The position numbers were made by a program, and so were the translations under genes. This document shows, piece after piece, positions 9,896-19,355 of a DNA stretch of 64,000 bases. The notes beneath the pieces were generated by a model. It did no database searches. It worked only from the letters and a program-made list of their open reading frames with translations, and was not told the DNA's origin. Source of the stretch: Armatimonadota bacterium (lineage in GTDB: Bacteria > Armatimonadota > SYMT01); assembly GCA_041690135.1 (NCBI GenBank), contig JAWLHY010000009.1:288001-352000 (forward strand). The letters run 5' to 3'. The stretch's first letter is position 1. The number at the start of each line of letters is the position of its first letter.

Positions 9896-9942
9896 AGCCG
9901 ACGGAGGTCGGCTTTGCTTTGTGTAGCCGCGGCTTGAGCCGC
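9896..9942 (-). repeat. REP-like element, family A copy 2 (inverted partner of copy 1)
   Basis: Reverse complement reads GCGGCTCAAGCCGCGGCTACACAAAGCAAAGCCGACCTCCGTCGGCT. Confidence 0.78.
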
Positions 9943-10122
9943 TTGGGAACCCGCACCAGCCCTTGGGCGTTACCTCCTGTCGCACACGGAGCAATGAGGG
10001 TCTGCGGCTGGACGGGTGGTGAGCCGCGTGAGTATCCCGGCTACACATTGTGGAACCGACATCCACACCCTCCTCCCTGGGTACCCGGGCGTAAACCTCC
10101 GTCGGTGGGGAACAACAAGCGG

Positions 10123-10794
10123 TTATTTCTTGACAGAAGCTTCGTCGGCGAACTGCAGCGCCTGGTGAAGCGCTCCCGTCCACATCTCCCACGTGAGCAC
10201 GCCGGTGTTGGTATTCTGCCTGCTCGGGTGGTAGCTGTCCACCAGGGTCGGTTCTCCCTCACCCAGATCGTGGACCGCGCCGTGGCGGAAGGGAAAGGCG
10301 GAGAGCCGGTGTCCCCGTAGCTTCAAGTAAGTATCGTGCGCGAGCTTGCCCAGGGCCAGCACCACGCGTGTGTTGGCGATCAGCTCTAACTCGCGCTCCA
10401 GGAAGGGGCGGCAGGCATCGAACTCCGCGCCGGTGGGCCGGTTCTGCGGCGGCACGCACCGCACGGCGTTGCTGATCCACACGCCGCGAAGCTCCAGGGG
10501 CTGATCCCCGCGGGTACAGTTGGGTTCGGAGCAGACCCCCAGCTCATGGAGCGCTCCCCAGAGCCAGCGCCCGGAATCGTCTCCCGTGAACACCCGCCCG
10601 TGGCGGTTGGCGCCATGGTAACCAGGGGCAAGGCCGAGGATGAACAGGCGCGCCTCCGGATCGCCGAAACCGGAGACGGGGCGAGACCAGTATTCCGGAT
10701 GCTTCTCCCGGGATTCCTGGAGGAAGGCGGCCAGACGGTCGCACCGGGTGCAGCCGTGGATCTCTCCGGCCAGCTTCAGGATCGTGTCATTCAC
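10123..10794 (-). CDS. udgB: Uracil-DNA glycosylase, family 5 (UdgB type, Fe-S)
   Basis: CxxC, GLAPGxHGANRxGRxFTGDxSG, NAVRCVPPQNRP, and YHPSRQNTNTG. Confidence 0.88.
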   Translation of the reverse strand: MNDTILKLAGEIHGCTRCDRLAAFLQESREKHPEYWSRPVSGFGDPEARLFILGLAPGYHGANRHGRVFTGDDSGRWLWGALHELGVCSEPNCTRGDQPLELRGVWISNAVRCVPPQNRPTGAEFDACRPFLERELELIANTRVVLALGKLAHDTYLKLRGHRLSAFPFRHGAVHDLGEGEPTLVDSYHPSRQNTNTGVLTWEMWTGALHQALQFADEASVKK

Positions 10795-11052
10795 GGTCTC
10801 AGTATACGGTTCGGTTCGAACGCTGTCGCATTGCTCCGGAAACGGAAGCTTCCGGATGGGGAGGATGTACCTTTGCGGCGGGACCGCGAAGGCACTTCCG
10901 CAGGACGCTCGCTAACTTACAACAACTCCGCAGCCTGGCGCGGGAGGTGCTGAGGCGGAAATAGAGAATTACAGATGGGTCCTTTCCCAAGTGTGTTGTG
11001 GACCCGGTTACTCAGCATCAAATTATCTCCAGCGTTGGAGAGGGAGTCGTCC

Positions 11053-11751
11053 GTGAAGAAGCGTGGGTTTACACTCATCGAATTGCTCGTGGTGATTGCC
11101 ATTATCGCCATCCTCGCCGCTATCCTCTTTCCTGTATTTGCGCGCGCCCGTGAGGCCGCACGCCAGTCCGCCTGTCTCAACAACACGAAGCAGATCGGCA
11201 CCGCCATCATGATGTACGTGCAGGACTACGACGAGTTGTTCCCGCATGACAGCACGGCGGCCAACACCGGAGCCGGAGTAGGCACCGGTGTTTGGACGGG
11301 GAACATGTTCACCAGCATCGAGCGCTGGCCGAACAAAGTCGCCCCTTACATCAAGAACCAGAATGTCTTCCAGTGCCCCAGCAGCACCCCCACCACCACC
11401 GCTCCGCGCACCGATCACATCGGCTACTGGGCGAATGGGGCGGTGTTCGCCACGAGTGGGAACGCGCCGGTGGGACTTGCGGCGCTGACGGCTTCGGCAG
11501 ACATAGTGATGGCTTACGACGACCTGGGCAAGCAGAACCGGAACCAGATTGTGATGCGGCCCTACTGGAGTGGTGGCACGTTCATCGACTCGAATGCGTT
11601 CGACACGATCAGCAACGGTGCTTACCGGAGCGGCCCTCACAACGATATGATCAACGTGCTCTGGGCCGACGGCCACTCGAAGGCCATCAAGAACCGCCTC
11701 TTGAAGCAAGTGACGATGCGGGCGCCTATTGGCGCTGCTGTCTTCCCATAA
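11053..11751 (+). CDS. Prepilin-type N-terminal cleavage/methylation protein with DUF1559 and H-X9-DG motif
   Basis: [37 protein letters not shown]...MYVQDYDE, and [16 protein letters not shown] start follows GGGAG. Confidence 0.92.
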   Translation: MKKRGFTLIELLVVIAIIAILAAILFPVFARAREAARQSACLNNTKQIGTAIMMYVQDYDELFPHDSTAANTGAGVGTGVWTGNMFTSIERWPNKVAPYIKNQNVFQCPSSTPTTTAPRTDHIGYWANGAVFATSGNAPVGLAALTASADIVMAYDDLGKQNRNQIVMRPYWSGGTFIDSNAFDTISNGAYRSGPHNDMINVLWADGHSKAIKNRLLKQVTMRAPIGAAVFP

Positions 11752-11768
11752 ACAGGGACGGCAACCAG

Positions 11769-11823
11769 AAAAGCGAATGGGGTCACGGAGAAGCACTTCT
11801 CCGTGACCCCATTCGCTTTTTTT
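11769..11823. terminator. Long perfect hairpin, probable bidirectional intrinsic terminator
   Basis: AAAAGCGAATGGGGTCACGGAGAA-gcac-TTCTCCGTGACCCCATTCGCTTTT followed by more Ts, between convergent genes. Confidence 0.85.
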
Positions 11824-11834
11824 GGGGGGCTCTC

Positions 11835-12410
11835 TTATCCGATTCGAGGCTTCTTCTGGGCGCCGCTGGGATGCGGATCGAAGTCGGCGGGCCAGAGGGT
11901 GCCGGTGTCGTAGATGGCGTCGCTGATCTCGGCGCGGTGCATCCGGGCATTACGGAAGTCGGTGCCGCGCAGGTCGGCGCCGCGCAGGTTCACGCCGCGC
12001 AGGTCGGCGCCGCGTAGGTCCGCGCCGGAGAGGTCCGCCATCCGGAGGTCCGCCTTATGCAGGTCGGCGCCGCGCATCGACGCGTGCTGCAGGTCCGCGC
12101 CCACCAGGGCGATCCCGCTCAGCTTCGATTCGATCAGCGAGGCTCCGGCCACCGTGTGCAGAAGCGCGCCTGTGCGCCGGTGCGAAATCATTGTCGTGGG
12201 AGTCTCGGACTTCTCCTCGACCACGGCGACCGTGGCGGCGGCCCTTTTCTTGGCCGCGCCGGTCTTGGCCCACATCTGGAAGCGCCGGGAACTCTGGCAC
12301 TCGGTGCATACCATAGCAACGCTGTTAAACCCGTTCCAGGTCGCCGGCGTCACCGAAACCATCGGCACATCTTCCTTGTCGTTTCCACACAGGGTGCAGG
12401 TTCGGATCAT
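11835..12410 (-). CDS. Pentapeptide repeat protein with N-terminal CxxC...CxxC segment
   Basis: Tandem ADLxx repeats (ADLQH ASMRG ADLHK ADLRM ADLSG ADLRG...), C-terminal AIYDTGTLWPADFDP, N-terminal CTLC and CTEC. Confidence 0.85.
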   Translation of the reverse strand: MIRTCTLCGNDKEDVPMVSVTPATWNGFNSVAMVCTECQSSRRFQMWAKTGAAKKRAAATVAVVEEKSETPTTMISHRRTGALLHTVAGASLIESKLSGIALVGADLQHASMRGADLHKADLRMADLSGADLRGADLRGVNLRGADLRGTDFRNARMHRAEISDAIYDTGTLWPADFDPHPSGAQKKPRIG

Positions 12411-12557
12411 AGGGCCTCTTCCTTGGCGGCAAAGCCGCGGTCATGTCACGGAGATCGATCGGCGGGACCAGCTCACGGGCAGCGGTCGCACTTTCGCTAG
12501 CGGAGCGTTCGGTCTTCCGGCATGGTCAACGGGAGTTGATTAGGCCGGAATGTACAA

Positions 12558-12596
12558 AGGCCGTCCCGGTGCTGATAGAGCACTGCGGGACGGCCT
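12558..12596 (-). terminator. Probable intrinsic terminator downstream of the oxidoreductase
   Basis: Stem AGGCCGTCCCG...CGGGACGGCCT with a short U tract on the minus strand. Confidence 0.55.
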
Positions 12597-12684
12597 CGAC
12601 GCTCCGAACGGTAATGCGCTACGAACTCAATCTGTGGTTTACACAGCTACTATAGCGGAATCCCGCCCGAATAGCCAATCGGGT

Positions 12685-14115
12685 TCATGCCCAGCCTTTT
12701 CGATACTCCGGTCGTTTCAGGAAGCGGTTGGCGCGCTTGACGTTCGAGACGCGCCCGCGCTCGGCATTCCACTCGATGCTCTCGCCGGAGCGGACCGCGA
12801 GGTTGCCGAGCAGCACGAACTCGGTGAGCGGCGCGGAGTAGTCGAAGTTGGAGCTGGGCAGGCCGCCGTTGACGATGCAGTGGGCCCATTCCAACTGCGG
12901 ATTGCCGGGCTGCGGGCTCCGCTCTTCGGTCTTCTTGAACTTACCTGCCTCGGTGTCCCGCTTCACCGCCTCGAAGCGCTCCACCGGGTAGATGTCCGGG
13001 TTCACGCAGTAGGCATCGGGTTCGAACAGCACGCCTTCCGTGCCGATGAACATCATCCCACTGCTGGCCTTATCGAATGCGGCCACAGGGATCCGCTCGT
13101 CCCGCTCGGGCTTGTTTGGCTTGCCGTCCTTCTCCCCGTCGTGCCAGGTCACCTTGATCCCGGGGAATGGCCCGGAGTTGGGCATGTGGTAGGTGAGGAT
13201 GGACCATTCCGGCGCGGTAAGCGCGGTGTACGGACCGCTCTGGACGTCCACCCGGACGGGGACCTGCCGCCCCAGGATGTTGAAGGTGGCGTCCATGATG
13301 TGGCAACCCATGTCTCCCAGGGCCCCGCACCCGAACTGCCACCAGCCGCGCCAGTTGAACGGATGGACGGAGTTGCCGCGCCGGTTCATTTTGCCTTCCG
13401 GAAGGTCGAGCACGAAATACGGCTCCATCGTTTCCATGGAAAGCCAGGCATCCCAATTCAACTCCGCCGGGCAAGTAACCACCTTCTTGTTGATGGGGCC
13501 CTGGGGCCAGATCGGGCGGTTGGTCCAGAGGCGGATCTCCTGGAGCTTTCCGATGGCGCCCTGATCGATCCATTCCTTGGAGCGGCGCTGGCCGTCCATC
13601 GTCCGACCCTGGTTGCCCATCTGGGTGACCACGCCTGCTTTCTTGGCGGCCCTGTGGAGTTCCCGCACTTCATCGATGGTATTGCAGAGCGGCTTCTGCA
13701 CACAGACATGCTTTTTATTCCGCACTGCCCACATCGCGGCGTTGAAGTGGGTGTGGTCCGGAGTGGAGACGATGACGGCATCGATCTCCTTGCCCATCTC
13801 GTCGAACATTTTCCGGAAGTCGGAATAGGTGCGAGGTGCGCGGGAAGGAGTGACGCTGCGGTTCGCGTAGAACTTGGCGAGGCTGGCAACGGCTCCGTCG
13901 AGGCGCTTGGCGTCGACGTCCACGAGGGCGACGATGTTGTGCTGCAGGGCAACGTTGTGGGTGTCCGACTGGCCCTTACCCATGGCGCCAATGACAGCGA
14001 TGTTGAGCCTTTTTCCCGGCGTGTCCTGGGCATAGCTGGGGCGGGCCAGGCCGGCAACTGCCAGTCCGGCAGTCCCGGCCAGGAAGTGACGGCGGCTAAG
14101 CGTGGATGACGACAT
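12685..14115 (-). CDS. Gfo/Idh/MocA family oxidoreductase, Tat-exported
   Basis: SRRHFL signal, IAVIGAMGKG, STPDHTH, HVCVQKPL, QMGNQ, and GALGDMGCH. Confidence 0.92.
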   Translation of the reverse strand: MSSSTLSRRHFLAGTAGLAVAGLARPSYAQDTPGKRLNIAVIGAMGKGQSDTHNVALQHNIVALVDVDAKRLDGAVASLAKFYANRSVTPSRAPRTYSDFRKMFDEMGKEIDAVIVSTPDHTHFNAAMWAVRNKKHVCVQKPLCNTIDEVRELHRAAKKAGVVTQMGNQGRTMDGQRRSKEWIDQGAIGKLQEIRLWTNRPIWPQGPINKKVVTCPAELNWDAWLSMETMEPYFVLDLPEGKMNRRGNSVHPFNWRGWWQFGCGALGDMGCHIMDATFNILGRQVPVRVDVQSGPYTALTAPEWSILTYHMPNSGPFPGIKVTWHDGEKDGKPNKPERDERIPVAAFDKASSGMMFIGTEGVLFEPDAYCVNPDIYPVERFEAVKRDTEAGKFKKTEERSPQPGNPQLEWAHCIVNGGLPSSNFDYSAPLTEFVLLGNLAVRSGESIEWNAERGRVSNVKRANRFLKRPEYRKGWA

Positions 14116-14140
14116 ACGACTCTCCGTAGTGGTGAAAGGT

Positions 14141-14220
14141 GTTCGGGTGTTCGGGTGTTGGGCTGTTCAGGCTTTCAGGCCTTCGGGCGTCCGGTATGCA
14201 GGCAGTCCGGCTGCCCGGTG
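14141..14220. repeat. Degenerate 8-bp tandem repeat (GTTCGGGT-like, about 10 units)
   Basis: GTTCGGGT GTTCGGGT GTTGGGCT GTTCAGGC TTTCAGGC CTTCGGGC GTCCGGTA... Confidence 0.6.
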
Positions 14221-14387
14221 AGGGGCAAAGTTCAGGCATGTTGTAACTATCTTCGCCCGTGCGCCGGTTGATCCTCCCCAGATCGTCTCTGGATGCAGGG
14301 GGGAGCCGATCTTGTAGAGGAACCGGGCTCCTGACGGCCGAATGGGTGGAGTGGGCGAAGAGTGGAGCCTCGTCCGGAACGGAAGAG

Positions 14388-16568
14388 ATGGCAGAACGAA
14401 GACTTGGGACCTGGAAGCTGCTGATCCCCGCGGTTGCCCTGGGTGCGGTTGGCTGGTCGGAGCTGGCAGAGGCCGGACGTCCAGGTCTTACCGCCGGCAA
14501 TGATTACTGGAGCGTGGAGAGTGATGCGGAGCGAAGGGCTCTCCCGAAGTACCAGGTGATTCCGGCGGCCCGTCCCGCGGAGTTGACCCCGGCCGGGGAA
14601 GGAAGGGACCTGCGGAGTGGACGGAACTGGCCGCGGTCTCACGGTGGCGACGCGGGAACCCGGTACTCCACCTTGAGCCAGATTGACCGCCGCAACGTGA
14701 GCGAGCTTCAGGTCGCCTGGACCTATCGCTCCAAAGACGGCACCGGCAATATCCAGTGCAATCCGATCGTGGTGGACGGCGTGATGTATGCGCCCACGGT
14801 GGGGCACAACGTGGTGGCCGTGAATGCGGAGACCGGACAGGAGATCTGGCGGTTCCGACCCGAAGGGCAGCCAGCCTTCCGCGGCCTCACTTACTGGCCG
14901 GGAGATGGTCGAAACGCTGCGCGTCTCCTGTTCAACGCCGGGAATGACCTGTGGTCGCTCGATGCGAAAACGGGGCAGCCGGTGACCTCCTTCGGCCAGA
15001 AGGGGAGGGTGCGCTCCGGCCATTTCCGGGTCGCGCCGGCCGTCTACCGCGATGTGATCGTGATCGCCGGGTACGACCGGGACGTCTTCGGTTTCGAACT
15101 GCTGACCGGGAAGCCGCTCTGGACATTCCACACCATCCCCCAGCCGGGCGAATTCGGGTACGACACGTGGGACGGGCCGGAGCAGGGCGCCAACTGCTGG
15201 GGCGGCATCGCGCTGGACGGCGAGCGAGGCATTGCCTACATCGCGACCGGTTCCCCCAAGCCGAACTACGATGGCGCGGGCCACTGGGGCGACAATCTCT
15301 TCTCCAACTGTCTGATTGCGCTCGATGCGCAGACCGGCCGCCGCCTCTGGCACTTCCAGGAGATCCGCCACGACATCTGGGACATGGATCTCCCCGCGCC
15401 CCCGGTGCTGGTCTCCGTGAAGCGCGCCGGGAAGAAGGTGGATGCCGTCGCTACGGTCACGAAACTGGGCAACACACTTCTGCTGGACCGGGTCACCGGC
15501 AAGCCGCTGTTTCCGTTTCGTCTGCGCCGCGCTCCCACGTCCAGACTGCCCGGGGAGCGGACCTCGCCCTATCAACCGGACCTGGAACTTCCGCAGCCGT
15601 TCTCCCGGCAGGTGTTCGGTCCGAACGACGTGACCAACATTTCTCCCGAGGCGCGGGAATTCATCTCGAAGCGGGTCCGCTCCGCGAACTACGGCTGGTT
15701 CCAGGCCTTCGAGCCCGGAAAGCCGACCGTTTACTACGGCGTGCATGGGGGCGGGGAGTGGACCGGGGCCTCGTTCGATCCTACCAGCGGTTACCTCTAC
15801 ATCAATGCCAACGAGTTGCCGTGGATCATCACGGTGATCCCGCATACGGCGCGGGTGAAACGCGACCCGCAACAGCCGCCGACGGCGGGGGAGCAGGTCT
15901 ATCGTCGCGAGTGCGTTTCCTGCCACGGATCGGAACGGGAGGGCGTGGGGGTCGCGCCGCCGTTGCTGGCGCTCGACTTCCGGATGAAGGATGCGGACCT
16001 GGTGCGCCTGCTGAAGACGGGCCGTGGCGGCACCCACCCGAGGTTCTCCCTGGCGGCGGCCGATGAGAGAACCCTGCTGGAGTACGTCTTCGACCGGGAT
16101 CGGCCGGCAGTCGCTGTGGACCGCGGTAAGCGGCCGGAGTACACCTTCCTGGGTTTCCAAAAGCTGCTGGATGAAAACGGCTATCCCGGCAGCAAGCCGC
16201 CCTGGGGAACGCTCAACGCGCTCGACCTGAACACCGGGAAGCTGGTCTGGAAGGTGCCGTTGGGTGAGTATCCCGAACTGACGCAGCGAGGGATCCCGAA
16301 AACCGGCACGGAGAATTTCGGTGGCGCCCTTTCGACGGCCGGTGGCCTGGTCTTCTGCGCGGGCACCCGGGACGAGAAAATCCGGGCCTTCGACGCGGCG
16401 ACCGGCAAGGAGCTGTGGGAGCACCGCTTGCCGTTCGGAGGCTACGCGCCTCCCGCGACGTATGAAGTGAAGGGTCGGCAATACGTGGTCATCCCCGCCA
16501 CCGGCGGGGGCAAGCTAGGCGGCCCGATGGGGGACGCCTACGTAGCCTTCGCCCTACCCCAACGTTAA
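14388..16568 (+). CDS. PQQ-dependent (glucose dehydrogenase-like) quinoprotein with inserted cytochrome c domain
   Basis: RYSTLSQIDRRNV, GANCWGG, WHFQEIRHDIWDMD, GGGEWTG, CVSCH heme motif, KPPWGTL, GTENFGG, and TYEVKGRQYVVI. Confidence 0.9.
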   Translation: MAERRLGTWKLLIPAVALGAVGWSELAEAGRPGLTAGNDYWSVESDAERRALPKYQVIPAARPAELTPAGEGRDLRSGRNWPRSHGGDAGTRYSTLSQIDRRNVSELQVAWTYRSKDGTGNIQCNPIVVDGVMYAPTVGHNVVAVNAETGQEIWRFRPEGQPAFRGLTYWPGDGRNAARLLFNAGNDLWSLDAKTGQPVTSFGQKGRVRSGHFRVAPAVYRDVIVIAGYDRDVFGFELLTGKPLWTFHTIPQPGEFGYDTWDGPEQGANCWGGIALDGERGIAYIATGSPKPNYDGAGHWGDNLFSNCLIALDAQTGRRLWHFQEIRHDIWDMDLPAPPVLVSVKRAGKKVDAVATVTKLGNTLLLDRVTGKPLFPFRLRRAPTSRLPGERTSPYQPDLELPQPFSRQVFGPNDVTNISPEAREFISKRVRSANYGWFQAFEPGKPTVYYGVHGGGEWTGASFDPTSGYLYINANELPWIITVIPHTARVKRDPQQPPTAGEQVYRRECVSCHGSEREGVGVAPPLLALDFRMKDADLVRLLKTGRGGTHPRFSLAAADERTLLEYVFDRDRPAVAVDRGKRPEYTFLGFQKLLDENGYPGSKPPWGTLNALDLNTGKLVWKVPLGEYPELTQRGIPKTGTENFGGALSTAGGLVFCAGTRDEKIRAFDAATGKELWEHRLPFGGYAPPATYEVKGRQYVVIPATGGGKLGGPMGDAYVAFALPQR

Positions 16569-16589
16569 ATTTCAATCCGGAGACCTGCG

Positions 16590-17474
16590 ATGGAAAGAAG
16601 AACGATCCTGAAGGGCACCCTCGGCGCCCTGGCCTGTGCCGGCATGAGCGGTGGTGTGCCGGCTTCCGCCGCGGAGCGGAAGCGCACCGGGCGCGACTTG
16701 TTCGCGAAGGACAATCTGATCGCCTGGTGCATCGTCCCGTTCGACGCGAAGAAGCGGGGGCCGGAGGAGCGCGCCGAGATGCTCAAACAACTCGGCATCC
16801 AGCGCCTCGCCTATGACTGGCGGGCGGAGCACATCCCCACCTTCGACCAGGAGCTGGATGCCCTCCAGAAGCGGGGGATCACCCTGGACGCCTTCTGGTG
16901 CCCGTGCGGGCCGGAGCCGGAGAAGGAAGGACATGTCACGGCGATCCTCGACTTTGTCCGGCGGAGGAAGTTGAAGACGCAGTTGTGGGTTTTGACCGGA
17001 GTAGGAGACCAGGGCAGCCAGCAGGAGAAGGTTGCGCGCGCCGCGAAGCCGCTCGCGTGGATGGCCGACGAGGCCGCTAAGCTTGGCTGTTCCGTGGGTC
17101 TCTACAACCACGGCGGCTGGTTCGGGGAGCCTGAGAACCAGATCGAAATCATCGAGGCGCTGGGCAAGAAGAACGTCGGCATCGTCTACAACTTCCACCA
17201 CGGGCACCCGCACATCGACCGCTTCCGCCCGATGTTCGCCAGGATGCAGCCGCACCTGATCGCCCTCAATATCAACGGAATGATGAAGAGCGGCAATCCC
17301 AAGATCCTCGGCGTCGGCAAAGGCGAGGTCGATCTCGACCTGCTGACTGTGGTGGCAAAGAGCGGCTGGAGCGGTCCCATTGGCATCCTTGGCCACCGCG
17401 CTGAGCTGGATGCTGAAGTGGCCCTCAAGGAAAACCTGGACGGCCTGGAATTGCTCAAGCCCCGGTTACCCTGA
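16590..17474 (+). CDS. Sugar phosphate isomerase/epimerase (AP endonuclease 2) TIM-barrel protein, Tat-like signal
   Basis: MERRTIL signal, LYNHGGWFGEPENQ, VGIVYNFHHGH, GPIGILGH. Confidence 0.75.
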   Translation: MERRTILKGTLGALACAGMSGGVPASAAERKRTGRDLFAKDNLIAWCIVPFDAKKRGPEERAEMLKQLGIQRLAYDWRAEHIPTFDQELDALQKRGITLDAFWCPCGPEPEKEGHVTAILDFVRRRKLKTQLWVLTGVGDQGSQQEKVARAAKPLAWMADEAAKLGCSVGLYNHGGWFGEPENQIEIIEALGKKNVGIVYNFHHGHPHIDRFRPMFARMQPHLIALNINGMMKSGNPKILGVGKGEVDLDLLTVVAKSGWSGPIGILGHRAELDAEVALKENLDGLELLKPRLP

Positions 17475-17695
17475 CCTGACCTGGATCTTGAGGAGTTTCG
17501 AAGGCGCTGCGCGACTGAAGGTCCGCGGCGCCGTACCTTTGGCCACCGAATGGGTGGGCACTCCCTCTCCGGTCCGCTCTCGGGACAAACCGCCGCCGGC
17601 CTATTCGCTGGTGCAGTGACTGGCATTGCCTTTGGATCTCGATGCCTTATCGTCAGTGGCGAGTGCCCTCATCGGCGGATCCACAGCGGATTTCA

Positions 17696-17711
17696 AGTGA
17701 CATTTTTCACT
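17696..17711. promoter_or_regulatory. Palindrome resembling a CRP/FNR-family site
   Basis: AGTGA-CATTTT-TCACT, about 210 nt upstream of the diheme gene. Confidence 0.3.
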
Positions 17712-17922
17712 CTTGGAACGGCGCCGGCAGGGGAATATTCTCTTGACCGCCCGTAGACCTCCGCAGCACGGGTAGTCCAGGCTCCCCCGCGGGCAACCAT
17801 CTCTCGAACCGGGACGATCAGCCTCCCCGCCGCCACCAAGTGTTTGCAAAATGTTCATCAATCGGCAGCCGGGTTGTCGTTCGGGGGAGGGTGAATGCCT
17901 GCTCGTTTGGAAAGGCAAATCC

Positions 17923-19293
17923 ATGAAGCGTCACCGCACCGTCGCGGCGGCGATTACGACCTCACTTCTGGTTGGCGGCACCATCGCCCTTGCGACCGCG
18001 TCACCGGCCAACATCCCCAACCTCAAGGCGTTCGCGAACCCAACGGGCGACTCGCACACCTTTGGGGCGGATGGGCAACTTCCCCTCGACAATCCTTTCT
18101 TCCAGAGCCTCGGCACGAACGGCCGCGCCTGCGTCCATTGCCACCAGCCCGGTGAAGGATGGGGGATCACTCCGGCCGGTGTCCAGGCCCGCTTCGAAGC
18201 TACGGAGGGTCTCGATCCGATCTTCCGCACCAACGACGGCTCGAACTCACCCCTTGCGGACGTCTCCACGGTGGAGGCCCGGCGGCAGGCCTACAGCATG
18301 CTGCTGAACAAAGGCCTGATCCGGGTAGGCATCGGAGTTCCGGCCGGCGCGGAATTTACTCTTACAGCCGTGGACGATCCCTACGGCTACGCGCATGTGG
18401 GAGAGTTGTCGCTGTTCCGGCGACCCCTGCCCTCCACCAATCTGCGCTATATGACCGCCATTATGTGGGACGGACGCCAGTCCCCCGCGGGCCGGAGCAT
18501 GGAAGACAACCTTATCGAGCAGGCTCGAGGCGCAACGCTGGGGCATGCGGAAGCCGCCACATCGCCAACGGATGCACAGCTTCGGGAGATCGTCCGGTTC
18601 GAAACGGGCCTGTTCACCGCCCAGTGCCGGGATTCGGATTGCGGCCAGCTTCATAGTCAGGGCGCGAAAGGCGGCGCGCAGGTCCTGGCAAAGGTCCCGT
18701 TCCACCCCGGTATCAATGATCCGATCCTCCCGGACCCCTCCGGCCAGCCTTCGACCCCGATCGTCATGACGTTGTTCGATGGTTGGAGCCGCGACAGCCG
18801 GAAATCCGCCCAGGCCGTGCGGCGTCAGGCCGTCGTGCGGGGACAGGCCCTGTTCAATTCGCGGCAGTTCGCAATCACGGGTGTCTCGGGGCTCAACGAC
18901 GAGCTGGGACAGCCTTTGATCATGGGCACCTGTTCCACCTGCCACAACACGCCCAACGTCGGAAACCACTCGATGCCCCGGGCGCTGGATATCGGCCTGA
19001 CCGATGCCTCGCTGCGGACCCCGGATATGCCGCTCTATACGCTCCGGAACAACACCACGGGTGAAATCCGGCTTACAACCGATCCCGGAAGGGCGTTGAT
19101 CACCGGGAAATGGAAGGACGTGGGTCGCTTCAAGGGAGCGGTGCTCCGTGGTCTTGCCGCGCGGGCTCCCTATTTCCACAATGGGCTGGCCGCAAGCCTC
19201 ATGGACGTGGTGGACTTCTACGACAGCCGCTTCAGTATGGGTCTTACCGCACAGGAAAAGGCGGACCTTGTTGCCTTCATGCGGTCCCTCTAG
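17923..19293 (+). CDS. Diheme cytochrome c peroxidase/MauG-family protein
   Basis: Signal peptide, CVHCH and CSTCH heme motifs, MWDGR, TDPGRALITG, and APYFHNG. Confidence 0.85.
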   Translation: MKRHRTVAAAITTSLLVGGTIALATASPANIPNLKAFANPTGDSHTFGADGQLPLDNPFFQSLGTNGRACVHCHQPGEGWGITPAGVQARFEATEGLDPIFRTNDGSNSPLADVSTVEARRQAYSMLLNKGLIRVGIGVPAGAEFTLTAVDDPYGYAHVGELSLFRRPLPSTNLRYMTAIMWDGRQSPAGRSMEDNLIEQARGATLGHAEAATSPTDAQLREIVRFETGLFTAQCRDSDCGQLHSQGAKGGAQVLAKVPFHPGINDPILPDPSGQPSTPIVMTLFDGWSRDSRKSAQAVRRQAVVRGQALFNSRQFAITGVSGLNDELGQPLIMGTCSTCHNTPNVGNHSMPRALDIGLTDASLRTPDMPLYTLRNNTTGEIRLTTDPGRALITGKWKDVGRFKGAVLRGLAARAPYFHNGLAASLMDVVDFYDSRFSMGLTAQEKADLVAFMRSL

Positions 19294-19325
19294 CCGGGTG
19301 GTTTAGAGAATCGGACCTCGCCGAC

Positions 19326-19355
19326 AGTGACCCAGGCTCGCGGGCCTGGGTCACT
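19326..19355. terminator. Hairpin between convergent genes
   Basis: AGTGACCCAGGC-N6-GCCTGGGTCACT with no U tract. Confidence 0.45.

Noticed and set aside
10800-11050. Riboswitch upstream of the prepilin-like gene
   Set aside because: Hairpins are present, but I could not match a c-di-GMP, cobalamin or TPP consensus by eye.
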